From contig JAAPAO010000139.1 in NCBI GenBank assembly GCA_013115145.1, positions 644 to 64,643 on the forward strand: 64,000 nucleotides of DNA, in the 5' to 3' direction. Numbering within the stretch: position 1 is the stretch's first letter; the number at the start of each line of letters is the position of its first letter. The position numbers and the translations under genes were made by a program. This DNA comes from Perkinsus chesapeaki ATCC PRA-425 (Eukaryota > Protista > Perkinsozoa). The notes under the pieces are model-generated. The model did no database searches, had not been told where the DNA came from, and saw only the letters and a list, made by a program, of their open reading frames with translations. Of this stretch, positions 52,951 through 64,000 are shown in pieces.

Positions 52951-53587
52951 ATGGCATGGCAAGACACCAGTGAGCCCCTAGAGAAGATAGCGCTCTCCTT
53001 GTATCATCACCAACATAATGTTGCTGATAGTGAGGACTATAAGGTAAGCAGTGTAAAGATGGACTGCTAATGGCTGATGTCAGGCCGTATCTCGAACTGC
53101 AAGCTTCATTTCTGATTTCGTTTATGCCACTGTCGGCAGCGAGAAACCTGAACTCCATCAGTGTAATAACGTGAGTCTTGCGCGGCTACGAGCCATTGGT
53201 TCAGGCGAGAAGTCCAAGTTGATGCTCACAGCTTTCTTGAATAGAGTGAAAGAGTACCAAGCGAGGAAGGAGACCGGCATTGGCCAAGAACCGGAGGCAT
53301 ACAGACGGATACGAGAGACGGTACGCCGCCAGCTTGAATTGCCTTCAGTCACCGGGGCTCCTCAGGTGCTCTCGGCTATGGATCGATGGGCACCTCCATC
53401 GCTAGTATCATATATAGGGGAATGGACGACCGACAACTTCCCTTCGCCAACAACAGCGGCACTAGTGGGCCCACCAGCTTGCCTTGCCGCTCTTTATTTT
53501 ATCCTTTCAGCTCGGATTCGGTGTTGTTGCGGCGGCTACGGCTATCGGAGTGGCAGCAGCTATGAACCGATCGAAGAAGAATCATAG
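52951..53587 (+). CDS. Hypothetical protein with a C-terminal TM segment
   Basis: Short exons lead into ORF 53171-53587, ending PACLAALYFILSARIRCCC. Confidence 0.45.
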
Positions 53588-53676
53588 AAGAGACTGACAA
53601 TCATCGTCAATTCTGACTTGTTCATTTTTCACCTTGAGTACGTTGCGTTATCTTAAGTGATCGACATAAGTGGGTT

Positions 53677-54718
53677 ATGCTTCGCTTCACACGAGCTCGC
53701 TTGTATGCGAGCGCAGAGTTCAAATTACAACTGCCAAGGTCGGCTCACACTGTCTACCTTGCTTTGTTGAGTGGGCAGTTCGGTGCGACCTTGTCAACAC
53801 TAGTGTGCCGAGTACCGATATGCAAACCAACTCAGGGAGACAGAGGGTGCTAATCTGAGCAATTTATTATCTGCATGCTCCAACCTTAGATATCGCCTGG
53901 GTGGTGGACAGTCACAAGGGCGAACTGCTATCACTGTAATTCATCCCGTCAGCGAACACCACATCGCTCTTCATGGCGAAAAGTAGCCTTGTCTTTACCA
54001 TACTCCTTCCTTAGGAGTTTCCAGGTATCCAGTGACTCTTTGCGAGATGAGGCCAATCACACACATTCCAGACCAGCTCAAGCTGCACGCAGTCGCGACT
54101 GGGCATCCCTTATTCGGGGATTACTACTACACAAATGATAGGTAAAGGACCACTCGCTGCTGCTTGAGCCCATTCTTCTTCAGGGTGCTAGATGCCCACT
54201 ATGAATCAGGCAAACTGTACACGATGCCTCGAGGGCTCGAAGGGCCCGCTATTCAACCATGGTTGTCAGCGCCCGGAGTCTGGCATGAAGAACATATCAA
54301 ATCGCTCAAGCCTCGACCAGTAGGCGATGAATCATCGGGCCCGCGCATTGTCCGATGGCCTTCGCGTGCTACCCCACTCCTATCTGAGGCCGATGAAGTC
54401 CCCGAGATTTTGGAAGAGATTGTGATGGAAGATCAGGTAAGGTGGCGTGAACCTTGTCTTGTCCTAGCACTCGAGCAGCTATCGAGTCTCGTCGGCACTT
54501 CCCCTATGATGCCCTACGAGTCGGCGCTGAGAGAATTAGTGGACATTGAGCCGTTAGTGCGAGAATGGGGCTTTAATGAGGAAGATGATGTGGAAATCGG
54601 TCAAGTCAAGGACCCGAGGTATGCATTTCATCCACTGTCTCGATGGAAGCTTTCCCATAGATATAGTGATCGAGATGTCTTCTTCGACCAGCCTCGTAAA
54701 TGGGTACGGAAGTTGTGA
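53677..54718 (+). CDS. RluA/RPUSD-like pseudouridine-synthase-fold protein lacking the catalytic N-terminal half; putative mitochondrial presequence
   Basis: Four exons splice to MLRFTRARLYASAEFK..VYLALLSG..VPI..RTAITVI..CEMRPITHIPDQLKLHAVATGHPLFGDYYY. No HRLD motif. Confidence 0.65.
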
Positions 54719-55484
54719 ACTTGAAACTCGAGGTTAGTCGAGCATGTTTCGGTTGTATTCGTTTCACTTATGTTGATGTTTTTGAGTGTCAAAGTGGTCT
54801 TTAAAGACTCTCCGTGCGGTCCGATGGACCAATGGATCCTGTCCATACGGTATGGACCATACCCATCGTTAAACAGGAAGTCGCGCTATCCGAAACATAT
54901 GGTCGAACGGTTCACTTCTGGTAACTGCTACACAAAACGTTTAATGGTGAACTCTCTCTAGTACGGTTGACACATGATGTCTGCGGGTGTTGGAGACCAA
55001 CTCTAATACTGAAATCCACGGTGTCACCGTAACCGCGACATACTCATGTGCTTTTGCTTTCGATAATTTACTGCCATGGATTGAGCAGTGAAGGGGAGGA
55101 AGTGTACCGGCTAGGAAGCCAAGAGGCAGAGGGTAAACTTAAGGGATGCAGTAGCAAGAAACGTTCAAGCAAAAACGTTCAAGTTGAAGAGCCTTGGAAT
55201 GAAGATGTAGATCTGCTACAGAATGATACATTGCTAGAAATATTAAACGAGAAAGAAAATGGTAGAGATGAAAGGGACTAGAATCTCATTAAACCGATAA
55301 GAAGATTTTATGCCCGGAACCGCCTTCAGCTTGACGGGGACCCCCTGCGCAGTCACGGTACGTGTCCGTGTCGCGCGTAAGACTCCATTCTCCCCCGTCA
55401 ATGAGCTTGACTATACTCATAACACAATATAAGTTATGTAGGAAAGAATTTAGCATACAGTAGTAGATATACTTTACAAATATG

Positions 55485-57734
55485 TCAGAGTTCTGTGGTC
55501 GTACAACGCTGCCTCGCCGATTTAGTCTTCTTCAAGGAAACTCCCATCGCTCGCCGTTCCCTGGCTCTGCTCCAACTTAGCTCCTTCATGAGGAAGTAAG
55601 TATCCAATGGCGAGCCATCACGCAATTGCACCACAGGACCAGGCTGAAGCTCAAAATCTTGGTATACAATCTTAGCAGTAGCGCAGGAGATATGAACCCT
55701 GAAAAGCACATCTCCAATTAGACACCTGGCGAGGGGAAACGGACAAGTTCTGACACAACAATTATCGAATTTAGACCGGACGTCTAGCTCAGGACAACCG
55801 ATAGTCAATTCAAAATGAGCTCAAGGGATTGATGCGTGCAGACAAAACAGAAGAATATGAATCCTATTCTTCTGTTTTGTCAGATCCTATTATAGGATCG
55901 GTTTAGCTTAAATAAAATCCAACGTATTTAGGATATGCATAATAAAATAATCTATATGTTTATATCCCACCAAAGAATACTATATTCTTTGGTGGGATAT
56001 AAACATACGAGATACATATTTGAATACCACCCTTCTCCCTCCTGTTCCCGTTTATAACCTTGCCGGATCTCCAGTGCTCTCCATCAAATGTGCAGTGGTT
56101 ACTCCTTCACCCCAAACATCATAGATAAAGTTCCTGCCCCCAAGAATACCTGCTACACATGGTCCAGTGCTGACTCCAATCCTAACAGCCAACGGTTGTC
56201 CATGAATGTCTCGTATGCCCCTCTCTACTATCCCTTCTTTCATTGCTAGGGCCATTCGGCAGCCGCAATGGGCATGCTGGGGATTCGGTGTAGGTAGACC
56301 ACAAGTAGCCATGTACGCGTCGCCACATGTTTTTATTTTCTCTAGTCCATAATCCTCGGCAACATCGTCAAATAAAGTGAATAAATAGTTAAGCAGGGCG
56401 ACCAGATCCTCGGCTCTCATCCGGCTTGTCATACTGGTAAATTGCACCACGTCAGAGAACACGATCGTGACGTTATCGAATCTTTGAGCGAGACCAGACG
56501 GAAATATATTGTCATATCCACGAGCCTTAATTGATGCCACCACAGACTCCGGCAATACATTCAGGAGCAACTTTTCGCTCCTTTCGGTCTCATTTGCCAG
56601 TGTAACACCGAGGACATAATCCTTCCGCAATAGACGACCGTACATGTATTTAACAACCAAGATTATACCGGTGCAAAATATTGTGAATGCTATATTTTCG
56701 CCCGGCTGAGAAAAGTAACCGCTCTTCATTCGCGGGTCAGAGGACAGGTAAAGTAAAGGATAATGTACAGTATACTCAACGAGTAGAAAAAATATTGCCA
56801 CATAGAAAAAGTGGACGAAACGAAGGTGATAACAAGTGCCTAGACAATATATTATTAATACTGTATCAAAGGTGTCCTCAATAGCCCAGCAATGAAAGGG
56901 GAATACATACGGGGATATGAATACCCATATCATAGCGACAACACCAGTAATAAATGCTAGTATCCAATGGATTAAAGCATGATTGGTTATAAACCATTGG
57001 CTCTTATCTTTGAAGTAAATACTTAAACCACCTGTTATTATGGCAGATACTATTATTATTAATTCCGGCGATGCTACCAGGACTGACCAATAATTTATGG
57101 AATCAGTCTGACCGTAGCAAAGGACCGTATCACTGACGTAAGCTCCCATCACTTTAGCTTTCGATAAGGCATCGTTTAAGCCAGCATAACGGACAAATGA
57201 TACTATGAAGCAGCAGCAAATCGCCAAGATTGCGTTCCAACATCTGTGAATCTTCGAGGCACAAAGTCGCCTAGTCCAATCCATAACGTAACTTTTTTCC
57301 AAGCCGGCATTCGGGAATTCTAAAGTAAATATATTCATTCCGTGGCCGAATTGCTCCCAGAGTCCATCTCGCTGAAGAGTATCAAACCCGAGCTTCCTCC
57401 AGGACACATGAGGGTCCTCGGTGGGATCCCGGTCGCCAAATAGATACCGAAATCTCCACGGCAAACAGTCGAGGACTCTCCTCGGCAATATAGGCCCCTT
57501 CAAACAGGAACATCTCACACCACACACCTCCGGAGAGACCTCATCTGGCACAGTAGAGACAATCGAGGAGCTGCTGCTATCTTGATTGCTAGGCGCCAGA
57601 GTGGTGGTTCGGTCAGCCGGTGATTTCCGACGTACAATTGACCGCCGTAGACACCCCGACTTCTGTTGTCGTGTGCCGGATATAATGGTAAAAAGACAAA
57701 CAAAGTCTATCAGGGAAACTGCATCACTTCCCAC
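55485..57734 (-). CDS. Class III nucleotide cyclase: about 6 TM helices and a single catalytic domain; last exon 55485-55698; start uncertain
   Basis: IVFSDVVQFT, EKIKTCGDAY, RIGVSTG and YDVWG. The intron at 55699-56058 joins GDPAR to VHISCAT in frame. Confidence 0.9.
55841..56007. repeat. Three stacked perfect palindromes in the cyclase intron
   Basis: 17-bp IR at 55841-55881 (7-nt loop), 8-bp IR at 55883-55899 and 25-bp IR at 55955-56007 (3-nt loop). Confidence 0.95.
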
Positions 57735-57765
57735 GCAATATGTGTACGCTGTGGAGGAGGAAGAG

Positions 57766-57785
57766 TTTTGTGGCGCGTGACGCAG
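57766..57785 (+). repeat. Dispersed motif copy 3 (TTTTGTGGCGC-GTGACGCAG)
   Basis: Differs from copy 2 by about two substitutions and one deletion. Preceded by GGAGGAGGAAGAG, similar to copy 1. Confidence 0.6.
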
Positions 57786-58189
57786 TCACAACTCCAAATG
57801 GCGGCTGCTGCGTCTTTTGTTTTTGGCAGTCTCTCGCATGTGGCTGTTGCTTCTTCGTTACTTCGCGGAGGGAGCGGTATAAGGTAATAGGGGCACAATT
57901 GGGTATAGAAAGATTCTTTGATGGACTTAACATGTGCGAAATGTTATGAAGATACTCCAGGCTGGTGTAGAATCTTCTGGCTAGTTGTGACGATCTTGTC
58001 AATAGCCTCGATCTCTAGATTATTCTCGCCTCGAAGCAGACTTTAACCGTGATACGGATCCTTCGGTAAATAGCAAACAAGGGAACGGGACATTTTATCA
58101 AACCGAATACTCCTTAAATCGACCGAGACTGTTTACAGCGCTCATCGGACAAACTTTGTGGCATCTCGCAGCAAGCACTTCTTTCAGGC

Positions 58190-59496
58190 TTGGCCTATGT
58201 CGGAGAGCCGCTGCGTTCTCTACTCTGCTTCGGAAGGACTCGAGCTTCCGGTTTGATAGCAGGTATTGATACATCCTGCATCAACCGTAGATATCCTTTT
58301 AGCCGGGTAGTGGTGCCACATAGGAGCAAGAAACGGGGGGAGGATGCTTCATTTAATAGTGACCTGTACGCCATCTCTCCCTGGGCCTCTCATACCGCTC
58401 CCTTCTCTAGATACCTCGGAGTGGCCGATGGTGTTGGTGGATGGATACTAGAAGGCGTCGACTCTGGTGAGTACAGCAGGCTGCTGATGCACAGGTAATA
58501 CTGTAGGGCACATGTAGACGGTATTCTCCGCTAGGGTCTGCAATGAGATAAAGGCTTATGAAGGGGCACTACTGAGAGATGAAAGCGGTACTAGGGAGCG
58601 ATGCCCGAGCCCTGTAATGGCTATGACCAGAGCAGCAAGGCACATCGATCTGCTTGGTAATAAGGGAGGGAATGAATTAGCCTCATCGAAAGGTATCTTG
58701 TAGCTAGAGAATGCTGTCAGGGTCCTCCACGTGTCTGCTTTGTTTCCTCGACCCTGACACTGGTATAATGCACACTGCTAATGTAGGCGATTCAGCCTGG
58801 ATGGTCTATCGTCCAGGGACGTCTCTGGTACTCCTTCCTCGATGTCACCGGTCATGATATTCTCTTTACAGGGCTATCGGAGCAAGGAACAGACATTTGC
58901 CTTCAACGCTCCTTATCAACTTGATCGCAACCAGCGAATGTCATCTCCTCTGCGGTTAGCTGAACGATCTAAAACACACCTCCAAGACGGAGACATGGTA
59001 ATCACTCCGGCACTTCCGGGGGCGAGAATCTCAGTCAGGTAGTTGTGGCCAGCGATGGACTTTGGGATAACGTATTTGATAAAGATGTCATACGAGTGCT
59101 GGAGCGACATCGAAATGATGTCCAAGCGGCTGCGATGGAACTGGCCACCGATGCGGTGAGGAACGGAAGAAATAAGTACTAAATTTGCCAGCATTTCATC
59201 TCGCCACTGTGGTCGCCTCAGAACTTACGCCTCGCCTTTCTTCCGTAATGCCATTCAACAGCGAACATTTGTTGGTCTCGGAGGTAGTCAGGCAATACGG
59301 TAGAAGTTTGATTGTTTCTGGGCTTGTATTAGGGAAGGAGGATGACGTCACTGTTATAGTCGGCAGGCTAACCCGGACATCCGAGCCCTCCAATGCAGGT
59401 AAATACGGTACCAATTTCACGGAGAACGGAGCTTTATTTCAGTTATCGATATCGACGAAAGTGAGTCTGATGTTAGAATGTGATCTGAGGCCATGA
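58190..59496 (+). CDS. PTC7: PP2C-family phosphatase, PTC7/PPTC7-like, copy 1; ends approximate
   Basis: GEDASF, GVADGVGGW, SSTC, ANVGDS, FNAPYQL, VVASDGLWDNVF and GKEDDVTVIV. Confidence 0.88.
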
Positions 59497-59640
59497 AGGA
59501 ATGACACTGTCGTCTCTGGTCCCCCACTGCCTAGTAATTCGTCCGCAAAAGTCCAAATGAATAGCTGTGCTTTTCCGAGCCTCATGTGTGTTGGGTTGAT
59601 ATAGTTCACTTGCCTTTCGTTAGTTTTATTTCACAATAGA

Positions 59641-61036
59641 ATGTTATCTTCATTGAGTTTTTATAAGCCTATCTCCGCAGCGGCTATCCGCGGAATACCG
59701 GGACTCACAGCCAGAGGCATTTCAACTGCTGCGCGCCGGTTGACGGCGTCCGGCTCCGCCCAAAGTTTTTATCAATTCCGAGCAAGGTGAATCTATAGAG
59801 GGGCAGTTGCCGTCTGAGAGCTTGTGCTACTTCAGTCGCATTGTCATACCCAACTTCCGCAAAGAGATAGGCGAGGATGCGTCATTTCACAGCAATTTGT
59901 GAGCATCAGTGATTCACCTTCCCCATCAGAATGTCTATCCCTGTAAGGTACATCGGAGTAGTCGATGGTGTAGGAGGCAAGAACATGCCTGGGCTCGATC
60001 CAGCACGATACAGTCGAGCCCTCGTCCAAAAGTATGACTTCTCATACTCCACAGCAGAAAAGTTGTATTGAGATCCTCTCATCAGCATCGTTGGAGAGAT
60101 AACACATTATGAAGAGGAGTGTCTAGCTCATCAGCCTTCTGCAAACCATCGCTCTGTAGCTGCCAGTCTCGCGTATCCTACACCAGATCCTCAAAAGGTT
60201 ATGGCCCGAGCAGCGTCTCGGACAACCGATATTCTTGGTAAGCAATGTTGCTTTCGATGGGACTGAGCATGACTTCAGGCTCTGCAACTTGTCTGCTTGG
60301 CTTTCTATCCCCTTTGACCGGAGTCCTCAATACTTGCAACATCGGCGACTCTTGTTTCATTGTTTACCGTCCCAACGAACAGAAGGTTGGTATCTTCGAG
60401 GATCTTTGAGGTTCACGGGAACTCTTGACAGGTTTTGTTTCGTTCTAAAGAACAACTGCGTGCTTTCAATTTTCCGTATCAAATCGGACCAGCAACTCCC
60501 GATTTGCCCCTACAGAGCGGCATTGTCAAGAATATTCAATTGAAAGAGGGAGACACTGTGAGGGAGCACTGCTAGTTGATCGAGTCATGTCGCTTCCAGG
60601 TTGTATTCGCCACAGACGGTCTGTGGGATAATTTATATGATGAAGATGTCTGTGAGATCGTCCAAGGTAGCAAAGACAATGTGAAACTCGCATGTAGCAC
60701 ACTTGCCGAGACAGCCTACTGGAACAGTCGGGACAAGTAAGGCTCGTGTGGTCTGTCCTATTCCATTGATCCCCTTCAGAGAATACTTCTCGCCTTTCAG
60801 CTCTAGAGCTGCCAAGTTCTTTGGACATCGTATCCACATAGGAGGTGAGCAGGTGAAGGTGCTTTTGTTTGAATCTAATGATAGGTAAAGTTGACGATAT
60901 TTCGATTATTGTAGCCGAAGTGGAACGGAAAGGCCTCAGCGATGCAGCCGACCGTAAAATCTCTTCCACAGCCTCGGTTGTTGTTACTAACAACGTCTTA
61001 CTCAGTCCCTCAAATTGCCGAAGTCAGCACGAATGA
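59641..61036 (+). CDS. PTC7: PP2C-family phosphatase, PTC7-like, copy 2, with a mitochondrial-type presequence
   Basis: MLSSLSFYKPISAAAIRG..STAARRL, GEDASF, GVVDGVGG, SATC, CNIGDS, FNFPYQIG, ATDGLWDNLY and GGKVDDISIIV. Confidence 0.88.
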
Positions 61037-61191
61037 TGATTGTCTTCCTTGTCCTCAAACTTTAGCCCGTCTGAAGTTCAGTATAAGTTCCGCGATTTAA
61101 TATCATGTTCATTACAATAACTAACTAAACTATTGCACTGTTTGTCAATGTAACAAAACTCACAAGTGTAGGGAAGTCTCTTGTTGTGTTG

Positions 61192-62780
61192 TTAAGTATA
61201 TTGCGACAAACGGCTTGCCAATGGGACGTCCGCCATTAGGGCTAGGAAAGAATAAATATCCGCTATCACAAATAATACGCGCCACAGCTTGGCCGCTGTG
61301 CTCTCACCGGTGGAAGGCCTTTTCTCACGGCACAGCAAAGAAAGGTTGAAAGTGAAACGGAGCTCAAAAACAACGGAAACACTGTCGAAGATAGTTACCA
61401 CTCAGGAGAGCCGCCTGCGCATAGCTATCGTACCGAGATGCCGGTTTTGGCCCAATGTTTGGGCCAGGGGAATGTTGGCAGACTGGGCGAGGCTCTTTGG
61501 CAGTGTGCCATGCGGTGGAATGTTGAGTCCAGGGCGTGAGTGCCTGGCTTTTCACTGGCCCATAGGACATCCCCGCCTCGGTAGCCAGAATTATGTTGCC
61601 CACTGGAGGTTTCGTCTGATGGCACTGGAACACGAGGCATAGGTAGAAGGAAGCAAAAAGGCGTATCCCTTCACACGGTTTATACTAGGCAAAAAGTGCA
61701 CGCATATACATTGTGACAGCCAAACGGTCACAACTGTACTGGTGTGACACCAGTGGTGTCACAGCCAAACCCTCATACAAAGGAAAAGACAGGAAGAGTC
61801 TGCTGGAACTCATAACAAATGGACTACGAAACGCCAACATATGCCTGTTGTGGGTCAGAGATACACTCCAACACAAAGCTGACGGAGAGGCGTAAGAAAA
61901 AGCCTTAGTGTGTATGCGCGTGCAACTGTGTAGACTGCATAGCTATGGCGCACAGCGCAACTACTTACAATACTAAGAATACCCTTCCCGTTTCTTAGCA
62001 CTGCCATTTGCCTGAACGTAGAGGATATGCATGAAGGCACGCTTACCGCACCATCACAACAAGCCCTAGCCAGAAACTGCTTTCCATTTGCGTGCAGTCA
62101 CGAAGGGGGTTGCGACCGAGAATCAAACAAAGAAAAATAATGACATAAAACGGTTGTATTAGAACCGAATAACTTCTGACTGGAAACCAGAACGATGTTG
62201 GACTTGATAAAAGGAAAAGATTAGGTACCGGCTCCATTGACCGAGTCCGAATCAACCCTACATAACGAGCTATATTCGCGAGTTGACAACTGTTTGTTCA
62301 CCATTAGATAGGGAACACTTGTACGATAGAGAAAGCACATCAACCGGCGCCTTCGCTTAATTTGCTCAACCTGGTCTTGACTACCTGAGCGCTAAACGTC
62401 TCAAGTTGTGACTGTGGTAGCAAAAGTCTATCTGTCACGAGACACTCGCACCGCCAATGGCGTGACATGTCAGTGTTTTCCCACGAGTCGTTCGTAATTC
62501 ATTCAACCGGACTGCGAGGATTAACTACCAGCAGGACACGGCACAAGGGAAAGAAGAGTAATCCAGTCGCGGACTGCAGCAGTCAGCAACCACAGACCTA
62601 GTATTATTATTTGTGTTATACGTTGTACACGTGTAGATGTGTGACATCTTTGCCATCCTAGCTGCGGGAATATGCAAGTGCTCCTTAGCATGGAAGCTTT
62701 ATACTGTTTCGGAATACCCACGACCCTTTTAGTCCGAGTTCATCCCTTTGAACCTCGGGTCGTTCTATCAGGCTCATAGC
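61192..62780 (-). CDS. Possible multi-exon membrane protein (unresolved)
   Basis: A string of minus-strand open frames with hydrophobic stretches (ITQIIILGLWLL, FYVIIFLCLILG, LWRVLFVIADIYSFLAL). No domain recognised. Confidence 0.3.
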
Positions 62781-62959
62781 ATCAGCGCCTGGCGCTGATA
62801 CTCGCTGTTCGTAATGGTTCACTTCCAGTCGGATAATCTTTTGAGCTTCAGTCCCGTGCTGGTCCTCGAATAGCTCGAGGGCCTTGCGAGGCCAAATGAG
62901 TGAATAGGATAACTACATAACCTCAAGTGCTCTCTGTAGTATTCTATATTATTTATACT

Positions 62960-63600
62960 ATGAAAGCCATCCCCATTATCATCATTGTTGAAAGCTTTGG
63001 TATCAGTCCTCCGAAGTAGTATTCTTCTTTAGTTACCTCGATCTCTACTGTATTCTATCTCAGAAGAGAAGTCGAGCTGGAGCCTGCCGCAACACAGAAG
63101 CCCTTCGGTATGAAGAAAATCCAGAACGATTCTCGTGTTCGTATATCCCATGTGCGCCGGTTTTCTCTGATCAGTTCCTTATTCTAAGCCGGTTGGTCAT
63201 TGTTGGCAAGATGGTAAACTTGGCGTGCATAATTGTACGTGCGAAAATGGCTTCTACCCCATATGCGATTATGTAAGGATTTGTAGAAGACTTGACGGTC
63301 CGCTTTGAGGGGCCTATCAGAACGGTTGCTACAGCAACCCACTCGAATGCTTCTGTACTACAAACTGCTCTCAAAATTCTGACTGTCCGGGTCCACCTCA
63401 AGGGAATGCTAATCAATATTGTTGGCACTATGGGAACCAATACAGTCGTCACTGTAGGCTGGGGTGCTTTGTAAGATAATTAGTGGGAGATTTGCTCTCA
63501 ATAACATCCTGCGTGTTTTCAGGGGTTCAAGAAATGCCCTACTGATATGCATTGCTATTCTTTTATTTCTGGAACTCTCGACTGCACTTGGTTCATGTGA
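62960..63600 (+). CDS. Small secreted cysteine-rich protein (about 146 aa, 15 Cys, 5 exons)
   Basis: Manual splicing with canonical GT-AG gives MKAIPIIIIVESFVTSISTVFYLRR..GHCWQD..NCTCENGFYPICDY|NGCYSNPLECFCTTNCSQNSDCPG..YCWHY..HCRLGCF|GFKKCPTDMHCY..DCTWFM*. Confidence 0.75.
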
Positions 63601-64000
63601 CCGCCCCAAAGATATCCGGAAAGGTAGCTTCGATAGCGATAATATCAGATTTCAGAGCTTTGTCAGGTATTGTTTGGTTGTGCAAAGAGAGGGAATCATA
63701 TTACGTTAGCGTCCCAGTCGTCTTGTGTCTTCCAGCCTATTTTAGTATGAGGAGGTACTCTCCCTTTTCAGTAGTGCTACCGTGGTGGGCATGCCTCCAA
63801 CTTGCAGAGATTGTAATAACCTGGTTATGCTTCTTCTGCGTGGTATCTTTTCTGCGCAATTTTATCACCTAGGTTAAGACGGAAGCCTTTAGTCGTGTTA
63901 CCGAGCATGGTTTAATCCTTTATGGAGCTTAGTTTTACGTCATCAACCAACTCTCTCTCACGAAGGCGGATGGGGCAGCGCAGTGCACCCAAGCGAGCGG

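Noticed and set aside
55048-55281. 77-aa plus-strand ORF with a hydrophobic start
   Set aside because: No domain or supporting context. It is too short to call without expression data.
46092-57734. PKA regulatory subunit and cyclase within about 10 kb as a cAMP gene cluster
   Set aside because: Several unrelated genes intervene and the two are on opposite strands. Proximity alone is weak evidence.
58291-58299. ATATCCTTT resembling a U12 intron donor
   Set aside because: It falls in PTC7 coding frame (YPFSR), and no matching branch point or AC acceptor is required.
62778-62796. 9-bp perfect palindrome ATCAGCGCC-T-GGCGCTGAT
   Set aside because: It is isolated and short, within chance expectation for 64 kb.

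Overview
Eukaryotic, intron-dense alveolate DNA. It looks most like the parasite Perkinsus: short GT-AG introns of about 30-60 nt, tight same-strand gene runs and alveolate-type genes. The taxon is inferred, not proven. About 30 protein genes can be assembled by eye across introns. Plus strand, 1-12.5 kb: alpha-carbonic anhydrase (5' cut off), an amino-acid transporter, acetyl-CoA transporter AT-1, COX17 and a DrpC/DRP5-like dynamin. Accessory zone, 13-29 kb: intronless degenerate-F-box ORFs, two signal-peptide GNAT acetyltransferases, a possible MULE scrap and a mucin-like surface protein. Minus-strand run, 27-45 kb: a multi-RRM protein, RFC3, a PTS2-bearing citrate synthase, class I-alpha DAHP synthase, PDAP1, LSm4 and CCT6. 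Plus-strand run, 45-55 kb: eIF1A, PKA regulatory subunit, a TM-MORN-DUF900 hydrolase and a truncated RluA-like protein. The rest holds a half nucleotide cyclase with a palindrome-filled intron, two tandem PTC7 phosphatases and a small secreted Cys-rich protein that the ORF track misses. I found no rRNA, tRNA, CRISPR array or intact transposon. Splice models were built by hand, so gene ends of hypothetical genes are approximate.
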